Origin: an uncultured cyanobacterium
GTDB lineage: Bacteria; Cyanobacteriota; Cyanobacteriia; PCC-9006; JAAUQQ01
DNA: 64,000 nucleotides
Direction: 5' to 3'
Assembly: GCA_963718615.1 (NCBI GenBank)
Contig: OY970368.1
Location: 1,419,287 to 1,483,286, forward strand
The translations under genes and the position numbers were made by a program. The notes under the pieces were generated by a model, which saw only the letters and a list, made by a program, of their open reading frames with translations, was not told the DNA's origin and made no database searches. Shown here piece by piece: positions 30,923 through 40,409 of this stretch (positions are counted from its first letter, which is position 1; every line of letters starts with the position of its first letter).

Positions 30923-32718
30923 AGCTGGGGACCCGCCCGGCTGACGGCTTTACAGACTCGGCCTTCAAACCGTTCAAAGAAGGCCCGAAACTGCCTTGCA
31001 AGCTGCATCGCACCCAGGGCAGCACCTGGAGCCTGGACTTCGGAGGCTGCCAATAGTGGGGTTAGTGGGGTTGGGACGAGGAACTGAAAAACAGGATGGA
31101 GCGTTTCTCCCCCGCCCGCCCCTGCCAGGAGGGCTTGAAGCTCCTGAAGCCCCTCTTGTTGCCGGGATTGGGGCTCACCGGAGGCCGAGATGGAGTGTGA
31201 ATGAAGCTGGAGTTTGCTGGTATTGACTAACCAACAGTCAGGCCCTGGATTATAGCGACGTAGGCGATCGCCCAAAATCGCAGTCCGAACAATGGCATCC
31301 TCCACCGAGAGCGAGGGATCAAAACAGGGTACAAACCGCAGGGGATGACGGATACTGCTGGCCGATTGCCGTCGCTCCCCGCAGCCATAGCCGCAGAGAA
31401 AATAAAACAGTAGTTGTTCCGGCGTCAGCCGCGCGATGGGCGGCAATACCCCCAAAACATCCTGGACCAAGAGGAGAATCACCTGGGGAATGGTGCATGA
31501 TGCTCGGGGATGATCAATCCCGCTCGGACTCAGCCCATAGGCAGCACGGGGCAACTTGGCCCAGCGGCGATCGCCATAGTGGGGCAAACCGGAGCGCGGG
31601 TCTAACACCACATTTTCTAATAAGGCCCCAAAGCGGATCGCGGTCGTCCAGGGCGGAACAAGCGAGGCGAGGGGACTGGAAGGGGGCGCGGGGGCCAGCG
31701 GGGCGATCGCCCGATAGCTGCCGCTAAGGGCTGGCATCAGTCCCAGGGGAGACCAACTATGGCCACTGGCTCCACTGGTGGGATAGCCCAGGGCATCTGC
31801 GAGGAGATCCCGTTGGGGTTCATCTCCCAGGAAAAGGACGGGTCTGGGCGGGGGTGGGGCAATGGGCGGATGGGAGGAGCCATGGACAAACGCCAGGGTA
31901 CTGGGGAGGAGGAGCATGCGCTGGTGGGCGAGGCAATGACCCAGCAGTCGCAGCAGGGCCTCGACGATTTCTCCGCCATGGCGAGAGCCGCCAATCAGCG
32001 CCAGGTTGCGCTGGGGATGCAGGGCCACAAAGACTTCGCTCCGCAGTTCGGGATTGAGACTGGGCTCCCCCTTAAAACCGGGCAAAACGATCAGGGTAAT
32101 TTGGGGGACAAAGCCCTCTGGAGAGGCGATCGCTAGCTCCGTCGGAATAGCATTGGCCCGTTCATCTGGCTCCAGCAAATGCCGTGCGAGGAGACTATGG
32201 GAGGCCAGCTCGGTAACCATGCGCACAGGAATACGCACTGATCCCCCGGCATAGCCATCCGTAAAGTAAAGCCCTTGACCTTGAACATAGGTCTGCACCT
32301 CTTGAAATAAGTGTTCAAAGGTCTGTTCCGAGAGGATCTGGGTCGTGGGACTCGCAGACTGGGTGGAACTGGGCGTTACCACAAAAAAATCCTGGGGCGA
32401 TCGCTCCGTATGGGGCACCGTTTTCACACAAAACGCCCCCTGAGCCGAGAGTCCTCCTTCTCCCTGCATCAAGCCATGCTCAATCAGCTCAGGGACCGAA
32501 AGGTTGTAATAAATCTGAGTCAGATCCCGCAGACCCAACGCCGCTCGAATGGGGTCGAGGGGAATGGGCGTACCTTGATGGGCCGCACGGGCTTGGGCCA
32601 GGCGACGGGAAAGGGCCTCGTAGTCTGCTGCCGACAATTCGGCATCGGAACCCGAACCATCATCGGAGGGTTGTCCTGCTTGAAATCCCATGGCGAACCT
32701 AATGAAGATGAAGCTCAC
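30919..32718 (-). CDS. PEP carboxykinase (ATP)-like protein with a degenerate active site (P-loop replaced)
   Basis: Aligns by eye along the full length to PckA: RSPQDFFVV ~ RSPKDKYIV; LIGGSRHGGE ~ LIGGTWYGGE; LGVLPPIARLT ~ FGVLPPVSRLT; WLVNTS ~ YLVNTG. The GLSGTGKTT P-loop is replaced by SSHPPIAPPPPRP, and LIGDDEHGW by FLGDEPQRD. Confidence 0.65.
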   Translation of the reverse strand: MSFIFIRFAMGFQAGQPSDDGSGSDAELSAADYEALSRRLAQARAAHQGTPIPLDPIRAALGLRDLTQIYYNLSVPELIEHGLMQGEGGLSAQGAFCVKTVPHTERSPQDFFVVTPSSTQSASPTTQILSEQTFEHLFQEVQTYVQGQGLYFTDGYAGGSVRIPVRMVTELASHSLLARHLLEPDERANAIPTELAIASPEGFVPQITLIVLPGFKGEPSLNPELRSEVFVALHPQRNLALIGGSRHGGEIVEALLRLLGHCLAHQRMLLLPSTLAFVHGSSHPPIAPPPPRPVLFLGDEPQRDLLADALGYPTSGASGHSWSPLGLMPALSGSYRAIAPLAPAPPSSPLASLVPPWTTAIRFGALLENVVLDPRSGLPHYGDRRWAKLPRAAYGLSPSGIDHPRASCTIPQVILLLVQDVLGVLPPIARLTPEQLLFYFLCGYGCGERRQSASSIRHPLRFVPCFDPSLSVEDAIVRTAILGDRLRRYNPGPDCWLVNTSKLQLHSHSISASGEPQSRQQEGLQELQALLAGAGGGETLHPVFQFLVPTPLTPLLAASEVQAPGAALGAMQLARQFRAFFERFEGRVCKAVSRAGPQL

Positions 32719-32842
32719 TCCGGGTAAGGGGGCGGAACGATAACTTCGGAATAGGGACTGTAAAGAAACCAGAAAATTCCTTTGGCCTAGCCTAGCTCTG
32801 GATGTCGCTGCTGCGGGCTTGCTTGAAGATTAACAACTAAAA

Positions 32843-35017
32843 ATGCAGCAAAACTGTACAAATCGTCAGAAAGCAATCGTTCCTGGTATCCTCTGCTGTT
32901 TGAGGCTGATCTTTCCTCCAACGCTGCTTATGGTTGCTCACAACGGTTTGTCTGATGGGGTGACTCCGCCCCTCGCCCCCCGGTTCCCTCAGGTTTTGGA
33001 AATCCATGGCGATCGCCGGGTGGATGATTATTATGGGTTGCGCGATCGCGAAAACCCTGCGGTCATCGACTATCTTCAGGCCGAGAATGCCTATACCGAA
33101 GCCCAAATGGCGGTCACGGCAGAGCTCCAGCAGCAACTCTATGACGAAATGCTGGGTCGGATCCAGGAGACAGACCTCTCGGTCCCCTACCGTCATGGCG
33201 ACTATTTTTACTATGGGCGCACGGAGGCGGGAAAAGCCTACGGCATTCTCTGCCGCAAGCGAGGCAGCCTAGAGGCAGCCGAAGAAATTTTGCTGGACGA
33301 AAACCAGTTGGCGGAAGGTGAGGAATTTTTCGACCTGGGCAACTATGTGGTGAGTCCCAACCACCAGCTCCTGGCCTATTCCACAGATACCGATGGTTCA
33401 GAGCATTACAGGCTGGTCTTCAAGGATTTACAAGCCGGAACCCTATTTCCGGAGCAGATTGCCGATGTGGATAGCGTGGTCTGGGCCCAGGATAACCAAA
33501 CCCTGTTCTATACCCGTCTGGATGCCGCCAATCGACCGTTTCAGCTTTGGCGGCATGACCTTGGGACGGATCCCGCCGAGGATGTTCTGGTTTATGAAGA
33601 GGCCGACGAGGCGTTTTATTTGTCGGTGGATGTGACCCGCAGCGATGCCTACATTGTGCTCAGTGCGGAAAGCAAAATTACTACAGAAGTCCGATGTCTA
33701 GAGGCCCATCAGCCCACGGGGGAATTTCAAATTCTCTGTCCCCGCGAACGGGGCATTGAATACAGCGTGGTCCATCATCCCGGTGACCCCGCTGAGGCCA
33801 GTAGTAATCGGTTTTACATCATCACGAACGAGCAGGCGATCAACTTCAAGCTGATGGTGACGCCCGTTCATGCCTTTGAAAAAGCCCATTGGCAGACGGT
33901 TATTCCCCATCGGCCAGATGTGATGCTCAGCGGGGTCTCGGCCTTTGCCAACCACCTGGTGATCTATGAACGGCAGGCAGGACTGCCAACGATTCGGGTA
34001 CAAACGCTCTCGACGGGGACAGACCACAAAATTGACTTTCCCGAACCCACCTATGAGGTCTATGCCGGTTTTATGCCGGAGTTCCAGACCTCAACCCTGC
34101 GGTTTACCTACAGCTCGTTGATTACGCCTGCATCGGTATTTGATTACGACATGGAAACCCAGACGCGGGAGTTGAAAAAAGAAACACCGGTTCTGGGGGG
34201 TTACGATCGCACCCAATACCACAGCGAACGCCTGACCGCCCAAGCCCCTGACGGCACAGCGGTTCCCATTTCCTTGGTCTACCGCAAGGGCCTCGAAAAG
34301 AATGGGCAAAATCCGCTGTTTTTAGTGGGCTATGGTTCCTACGGTTATCCCTATCCGGCGACCTTTTCCTCCAATCGGTTGGCGTTGCTGGATCGGGGGG
34401 TGGTTTGTGCGATCGCCCACATTCGCGGTGGTGGCGAGCTGGGTCGCCAGTGGTATGAGGACGGCAAATTTCTTCACAAGAAAAATACGTTTACGGACTT
34501 TATCGCCTGTGCCGAGTCGCTCATCGCCCAGGGTTGGACCGATCAACGGCATCTGGTTATTTCTGGCGGCAGTGCCGGAGGGCTGTTGATGGGAGCCGTG
34601 TTGAATTTGCGGCCTGATTTGTTTCAGGGGGCGATCGCCGCCGTTCCCTTTGTGGATGTGGTGACCACGATTCTTGACCCGGATCTACCCCTTTCGGTGA
34701 TGGAATGGGATGAGTGGGGCAACCCCCATGAACCGGACTACTACGACTATATGAAGTCCTATTCGCCCTACGACAATGTAACAGCCCAGGACTATCCCCA
34801 TTTGCTGGTCACCGCCGGACTCAATGATCCCAGAGTCTCCTACTGGGAACCGGCCAAATGGACCGCCAAGCTCCGTACGCTCAAAACGGATCACCATCTA
34901 CTCCTGCTCAAAACCAACATGGATGCAGGTCATGGCGGAGCATCGGGTCGCTACGAACGCCTCAAGGAGCTAGCGTTTGAATATGCTTTTTTGTTGCATT
35001 GCCTCAGCCTTGATTAG
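32843..35017 (+). CDS. ptrB: oligopeptidase B / prolyl oligopeptidase family S9 serine peptidase
   Basis: Beta-propeller N-domain plus C-terminal alpha/beta hydrolase with GGSAGGLLMG (catalytic Ser), D, and H in DAGHGG. True start may be the ATG near 32929. Confidence 0.85.
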   Translation: MQQNCTNRQKAIVPGILCCLRLIFPPTLLMVAHNGLSDGVTPPLAPRFPQVLEIHGDRRVDDYYGLRDRENPAVIDYLQAENAYTEAQMAVTAELQQQLYDEMLGRIQETDLSVPYRHGDYFYYGRTEAGKAYGILCRKRGSLEAAEEILLDENQLAEGEEFFDLGNYVVSPNHQLLAYSTDTDGSEHYRLVFKDLQAGTLFPEQIADVDSVVWAQDNQTLFYTRLDAANRPFQLWRHDLGTDPAEDVLVYEEADEAFYLSVDVTRSDAYIVLSAESKITTEVRCLEAHQPTGEFQILCPRERGIEYSVVHHPGDPAEASSNRFYIITNEQAINFKLMVTPVHAFEKAHWQTVIPHRPDVMLSGVSAFANHLVIYERQAGLPTIRVQTLSTGTDHKIDFPEPTYEVYAGFMPEFQTSTLRFTYSSLITPASVFDYDMETQTRELKKETPVLGGYDRTQYHSERLTAQAPDGTAVPISLVYRKGLEKNGQNPLFLVGYGSYGYPYPATFSSNRLALLDRGVVCAIAHIRGGGELGRQWYEDGKFLHKKNTFTDFIACAESLIAQGWTDQRHLVISGGSAGGLLMGAVLNLRPDLFQGAIAAVPFVDVVTTILDPDLPLSVMEWDEWGNPHEPDYYDYMKSYSPYDNVTAQDYPHLLVTAGLNDPRVSYWEPAKWTAKLRTLKTDHHLLLLKTNMDAGHGGASGRYERLKELAFEYAFLLHCLSLD

Positions 35018-35984
35018 CTAAGTTTCGGTGGAGGCTGGTGGAGAAGAGGATTTCCTGGGATGCTCAGCGCTCTTGCCCCGAACCGGCGGAAGCCCTTCCA
35101 CCAGCCCCATGGCAAATGCCGTATCGGGCAGATCACCCGCCAAATATCTCCCTGGCTCAAAAACCTTACCCGGCGTAAAACAGTGCTGCTTGAGCTGTAC
35201 CCATTGCTCCGCTGCAAACATGCTGCGGTCCATTCGCCGTTCAATGCCCATGGTGGTTACCTTTCAAAGCCATTTCCCTATAGGAACTATTCTAGATCTG
35301 CTTGCAAGGTTTGCGCTGAAACCACAACCGCTTCTTCCATAACTGCTCTTTCCATTCACTTTATTTTTTGTGGCTTATTTTGCGGCAAAACTACTCACGG
35401 TCGGTGAGTCCTGGGCGCTCGGATCCTCGCCAAATAAAACCCCAGAAATTAAAGACGCCATCAATAAACTGGCTAAGAAAAACATCCAGCCGGATTGTCT
35501 ATTTTGTGATTGACCCATGATGCAATACGATTCCCTTCGTTGACAAAATCGAAGCTAACTGCTTAAGCATGGCAGTCTTAAGTTCAACACCTATAGCTTC
35601 ACTTTGTACCCATTCAAGACCGGAAAAATACGATTATTTTATCAAGGGTTTTTCATTCAATTTTCAATGGAATAGCCGCCCAGATTTAGAGCAATGAGAA
35701 TTAAATCTCTGAATCAATAACGATTAAGCAACGGTTCAATAAATTACCTTGGAATCGTCAGAACACTACTAAAGACAAGTAAAGACAAGGCAATAAACAA
35801 GTATGACTTATCCGGAAAAGCTCTGAGCTCACGAAGCTCAGGGCTCAACAGGAACACGTAGTGGACAACCGAGTACATTGCACAAAAATACTCGTCGCGG
35901 GTGATAATTTATTCGTAATTTTACGAATCTTCGGCACTCCTAAAATCAGAGAGCGAGAGCTATAAAAAGTTAATCAAGAAGGAT

Positions 35985-36020
35985 CATAAAAAAGATGGGG
36001 ATATCCCCATCTTGTGAATC
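35985..36020. terminator. bidirectional rho-independent terminator (perfect 20-bp palindrome AGATGGGGATATCCCCATCT flanked by A-run and T-run)
   Basis: read directly; sits 40 bp past the 3' end of the minus-strand desaturase gene and at the end of a 1-kb convergent spacer. Confidence 0.65.
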
Positions 36021-36050
36021 TTTTTTCTGATTTAGCGAAAGAGAACTGAA

Positions 36051-37163
36051 TTATGGACGGAGATTTTGAACCGGTTGATAATAAACCTTAGCCCCATCAT
36101 TGGCGACAAAGTGGCAAGTTTTATAGGACTGCCAAAAATCCTGCCAAATTGACGTATTGGATTTTCGGTAAAACTCCCCAAGGACTGGCTTAATCGCTTC
36201 CGTTGCTTCCAGGAGATGATAGTGCGGGATACTGAGGAAAATATGGTGCGCGACGTGGGTGCCGATGTGGTGATGAATCGGGTTAAACCAACCGTAGTCA
36301 CGATCGATCGTCGAAAGCGCCCCTTTGAGAAAATACCAGTCTTCCGAGCGATACCAGGGAATATCCTGCTCGGTGTGGTGCAGATAGGTCACCAGGTCCA
36401 GCCAAACCACAAAGATGACATAGGGGACCAGGTAATACTTGAGCAAAAACAGGAAGCCAAACTTCACCGTCGCGACGGTCAGCAAGGCCACCATCGCCGA
36501 CCACCAGATCGTGCTGGTGATTACGTCTTGCTTTTCAGAGGGCTTAAACAGAGGGCTGCTCGGTAAGAAGTGAGAGCCTTGACGACCGGGCGATCGCTTA
36601 AATAAATAAATCGGATAGGCAAACAGCAACAACGTAAACCGCACCATCTTCTCAGGCCACCCCATGGCGCGATACTGAGCCTCAGAGACGGGATACCAGC
36701 TTTCGTCGGTGTCAATATTGCCGGTGTTGGCGTGGTGGGTCCGGTGGCTAATCCGCCAGCCGTGGTACGGCACCAAAATAAATGAATGGGTTAAATGACC
36801 CACTAAATCATTCAGCCAGCGGTGCTTGGAGAATGAACCATGGCCGCAGTCGTGGCCAATCACAAACAAAGCCCAGAACATCGTGCCTTGGAGAAACCAG
36901 AAAATGGGGAAGAACCACCAGGAATCCAGGGTTGCGGCGAGCCCATACAACCCCACCACAATCCCCACATCGAGAACAGCGTAAGCCAGGGAACGAGCCG
37001 TGGAAGGCTCAAAACAGCGGGCCGGAATCGCTGAGCGTACATCTTGAAGCGTAAACGGGACTTGCTCAGGACGACGACAGGCGCTCTCTGTCATGGGCTC
37101 GGTCAGCGGTCCATTGAGCGGTTCCGGCGCGGATATCGATTGTGTTTGCACGAAAACTTCCAA
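36051..37163 (-). CDS. membrane acyl-lipid fatty-acid desaturase (DesA/DesB-type delta12/omega3 family)
   Basis: Three His boxes HDCGH, HRTHH, HVAHH plus four TM helices. Confidence 0.85.
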   Translation of the reverse strand: MEVFVQTQSISAPEPLNGPLTEPMTESACRRPEQVPFTLQDVRSAIPARCFEPSTARSLAYAVLDVGIVVGLYGLAATLDSWWFFPIFWFLQGTMFWALFVIGHDCGHGSFSKHRWLNDLVGHLTHSFILVPYHGWRISHRTHHANTGNIDTDESWYPVSEAQYRAMGWPEKMVRFTLLLFAYPIYLFKRSPGRQGSHFLPSSPLFKPSEKQDVITSTIWWSAMVALLTVATVKFGFLFLLKYYLVPYVIFVVWLDLVTYLHHTEQDIPWYRSEDWYFLKGALSTIDRDYGWFNPIHHHIGTHVAHHIFLSIPHYHLLEATEAIKPVLGEFYRKSNTSIWQDFWQSYKTCHFVANDGAKVYYQPVQNLRP

Positions 37164-37411
37164 AACGAAATTTCAAATGTAAACAAATTTTAAGATAGTC
37201 CGTCTCATCTGGAGCATCTCTAGCAACAACAAAAACTCCGCCACAATCCGTCGCAAAAGTAAGCGGTCGTGCTACCCTGGAAAAGTTGTCAAAAAACCAC
37301 ACACCTGGGATTTCGGGTGGTTTGAGTGCGTTTCGGGGCTCACTTTTTTGGGTTTCGCGCACCAAGCAGACTGCCTGGGTGGAGGATTAACCCGAAAGGA
37401 GACTAAATTCA

Positions 37412-38212
37412 ATGCCAGTCGTTTCTCTTGCCCAAATGATGGAGGCGGGGGTGCATTTTGGGCACCAAACCCGTCGATGGAACCCCAAGATGGGGAAATA
37501 CATCTACACCTCCCGCAACGGCGTTCATATCATTGACCTGGTTCAAACCGCCAAGCTGATCGATAACGCCTACGGCTATATTCGGAACTCTTCCGAACAG
37601 GGCAAGCGTTTTCTGTTTGTCGGCACCAAGCGTCAGGCCGCAGGAATTATTGCCCAAGAAGCCTCTCGCTGTGGCGCTTACTTCGTCAATCAGCGGTGGT
37701 TGGGTGGCATGCTCACCAACTGGGCGACGATCAAAAGTCGGGTGGATCGCCTTAAGGACCTAGAGCGGATGGAAGAGAGTGGCGCGATCGCCCTCCGTCC
37801 CAAGAAAGAAGCGGCTGTCCTGCGTCGCGAACTAGAGCGTCTGCGCAAATATCTGGGTGGCATCAAAAACATGCGCCGTCTCCCCGATGCGGTCGTCATC
37901 ATTGACCAAAAGCGCGAATACAACGCCATTTTGGAATGTCAAAAGCTAGGAATTCCCATCATCTCGCTGTTGGATACCAACTGTGATCCTGATTTGGCTG
38001 ATATTCCTATCCCCGCCAACGACGATGCGATTCGTTCGATCAAATTGATCATTGGTAAACTGGCCGACGCGATCTATGAAGGTCGTCATGGTGAACTGGA
38101 TAGCGATGACTTTGTCGATGACTATGCCGGTGCCGAAGAAGATTACGACTACGACGTGGATCCAGAGGAAGAAGTCGCTGTTGAGGGTGACGGCGAAGAG
38201 TCTGCCGAATAG
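37412..38212 (+). CDS. rpsB: 30S ribosomal protein S2
   Basis: [27 protein letters not shown] ... highly conserved; acidic C-terminal tail. Confidence 0.95.
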   Translation: MPVVSLAQMMEAGVHFGHQTRRWNPKMGKYIYTSRNGVHIIDLVQTAKLIDNAYGYIRNSSEQGKRFLFVGTKRQAAGIIAQEASRCGAYFVNQRWLGGMLTNWATIKSRVDRLKDLERMEESGAIALRPKKEAAVLRRELERLRKYLGGIKNMRRLPDAVVIIDQKREYNAILECQKLGIPIISLLDTNCDPDLADIPIPANDDAIRSIKLIIGKLADAIYEGRHGELDSDDFVDDYAGAEEDYDYDVDPEEEVAVEGDGEESAE

Positions 38213-38300
38213 GTCAGATTAGAGCCGTTGAGGTGATCTGCAAACCCGCTTGTATCGATCGCAAAAATCGCAAAATTAATCCAAGGGAGGATCAAAAACC

Positions 38301-38957
38301 ATGGCAGAAATTAGCGCAAAGCTTGTCAAGGAACTGCGCGATAAGTCCGGTGCAGGCATGATGGATTGCAAAAAGGCGCTGAAAGAAAGCAATGGCGAAG
38401 TGGAAAAGGCCATGGAATGGCTGCGCCAGAAAGGCATTGCCTCTGCCGATAAAAAGAGTGGTCGGACGGCGGCGGAAGGTCTGGTCGGAAGTTATATCCA
38501 CACAGGCGGTCGCGTCGGCGTCTTGGTTGAAGTGAACTGCGAGACCGATTTCGTTGCCCGTGGCGACAAGTTCCAGGAACTCGTGCGCAACATCGCCATG
38601 CAAGTGGCAGCTTGCCCCAACGTGGAATTCGTCAGCACGGCGGATGTTCCCAGCGACCTGATCGAGAAGGAAAAAGAAATCGAGATGGGTCGTGAGGATC
38701 TGGCTAGCAAGCCTGAAAAAATGCGCGAGAAAATCGTCATGGGACGGATTGAAAAGCGCCGGAAGGAGTTGAGCCTGATGGATCAGCCCTATATCCGCGA
38801 CCAAAGCATTACCGTTGAGGAACTGGTCAAGCAAAGCATTGCGGAATTGGGTGAAAACATCCAGATTCGGCGCTTTGTCCGGTTTGTCCTCGGTGAGGGC
38901 ATCGAGAAGGAGGAAAGTGACTTCGCGGCAGAAGTGGCCGCTGCTGCTGGCAATTAA
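38301..38957 (+). CDS. tsf: translation elongation factor Ts
   Basis: [30 protein letters not shown]-like N-terminus; conserved rpsB-tsf arrangement. Confidence 0.95.
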   Translation: MAEISAKLVKELRDKSGAGMMDCKKALKESNGEVEKAMEWLRQKGIASADKKSGRTAAEGLVGSYIHTGGRVGVLVEVNCETDFVARGDKFQELVRNIAMQVAACPNVEFVSTADVPSDLIEKEKEIEMGREDLASKPEKMREKIVMGRIEKRRKELSLMDQPYIRDQSITVEELVKQSIAELGENIQIRRFVRFVLGEGIEKEESDFAAEVAAAAGN

Positions 38958-39013
38958 GTCCTGTTCAAACAGCCTTCGAAATTCAGGTTGATTTCGATCA
39001 ACTGTCAGGCTGG

Positions 39014-39050
39014 GCATTCTCAGGGATTTCCTGGGAATGCTTTATTTTTA
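39014..39050 (+). terminator. rho-independent terminator after tsf
   Basis: gcattctcagg gattt cctgggaatgc hairpin followed by tttattttt. Confidence 0.55.
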
Positions 39051-39113
39051 GAGAGAAAGCTGCACTCATTCAGGGTTGGCAAGCAGGATAGTCTGAAATG
39101 GTGAATAAGCATT

Positions 39114-40334
39114 ATGGCGCGATCTGTTGGGCAAATTAATCAAGATTTGGCTCGTCTGGAGGAGCAATCCCAGGTGCTGGGTCAGCAGTTAACGCAGCTC
39201 TATGATCGCTATCTGGAAGAACTCAGTCAGGTCGCCTATCAGCAGCTCATTTCTGTGTGCTATCACCTCTGCACCCAAAGCTATCCGGATGCGTTTCTGC
39301 GATTGTCCTATCGTCAGCGCGAACAACTGCAGCGTCACATTCGAGAGGCGGCCCAGCAGCTGCAACATCGTCTGCACCGGTCTCGATTGCTAGAGACGCA
39401 ACCCTCCCAGGATGATGCCTTGCAGATGCTCGAAGCTACGCTGTTAGGAGAGTTGTCAAGCGGTCTTAGAACTACGGAACCGCCAGAACCTTCAGAACCT
39501 TCAGAACCTTCAGAACCTTCAGAATTAGATCCAGCGGATCCAGCCTCCGAAGCCGACCTTTTGACCGAACCTGCAACCGGGTCTGCAACTCAACCTACAA
39601 CCGAGTCTGCAACCTATTTTTCTTCCCCGGCAGCGACCGATGAGACACTGCCTCAATCCCCGTTTGCTGATTTTGGGGCTGAGCTGGGGAGTCCTGTGGA
39701 TTTGCGATCGCCCGGAGTCCTAGCCAGCGCCCTGGCAGCGGAAATCGGCGGGATAAACCATGGAAGCCCTCGCTCCTCCCACAGCGATCCTGGAGAAGCA
39801 TCGTCGCCGGACAGCCCCGAGCCAGAATCGGATACGCCGGAAAGTTTGTTGGCGTGGCAGCAGCGGCTAGAGCGTTGTATTTCCCAATCCCTGCGCCAAA
39901 GTTCTCAGGCTATGACGCGGTTGCTGGAGAAAGCTTCGGTGCTCAATAATCAACTCCCCGAAGGTTTGCTTGCAGCCTCTCCCCACCAAGACTTAGAAGA
40001 CGATGAAGAGGAGGATACAGAGGAGTCGGAGGCACGGCATCCCCCCCAGCGTCCGCAACCGTCTGGTCAAAATTCCCCCCATATTCTGAGTTTGATGCTT
40101 GAACCAGCAGGGGGCGATCGCCGCGATAAGAGTACTCAAATTCAAATTGTGGCGATCTATCTACGGCTCTCGGAAATTGAGTTTTCAACCCCGGTGGTGA
40201 TGGGCTGGCGCAACCAGATTCGCGCGCAGCTTCAGCAGGTGCGGGAACTCAATCAGCGCTACCAGCTAAAACTCCGAGAGCGGGCGATCGCGGAAGCGGA
40301 AGCGGCTTGGCGCAGCAGTTGGTTTAATGGCTAA
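39114..40334 (+). CDS. hypothetical protein, coiled-coil N- and C-termini with acidic PEPSE-repeat low-complexity centre
   Basis: 406-aa ORF; 9-bp tandem repeat gaaccttca x4 (EPSEPSEPSEPSE) at 39485-39526; no family recognised. Confidence 0.45.
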   Translation: MARSVGQINQDLARLEEQSQVLGQQLTQLYDRYLEELSQVAYQQLISVCYHLCTQSYPDAFLRLSYRQREQLQRHIREAAQQLQHRLHRSRLLETQPSQDDALQMLEATLLGELSSGLRTTEPPEPSEPSEPSEPSELDPADPASEADLLTEPATGSATQPTTESATYFSSPAATDETLPQSPFADFGAELGSPVDLRSPGVLASALAAEIGGINHGSPRSSHSDPGEASSPDSPEPESDTPESLLAWQQRLERCISQSLRQSSQAMTRLLEKASVLNNQLPEGLLAASPHQDLEDDEEEDTEESEARHPPQRPQPSGQNSPHILSLMLEPAGGDRRDKSTQIQIVAIYLRLSEIEFSTPVVMGWRNQIRAQLQQVRELNQRYQLKLRERAIAEAEAAWRSSWFNG

Positions 40335-40409
40335 CGGGGTCGGTTTCATCTCTACAATGGGAATTGGCACTAGAGCGTTGGTGCTGGTTTTCGTGCGATC
40401 GCCCTGCCC

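Noticed and set aside
30919-32718. PEPCK-like gene as an ordinary frameshifted pseudogene
   Set aside because: The ORF is uninterrupted over 599 aa, with homology blocks in order and in one frame. The divergence is by substitution and in-frame insertion, so a pseudoenzyme is more plausible than a decayed gene.
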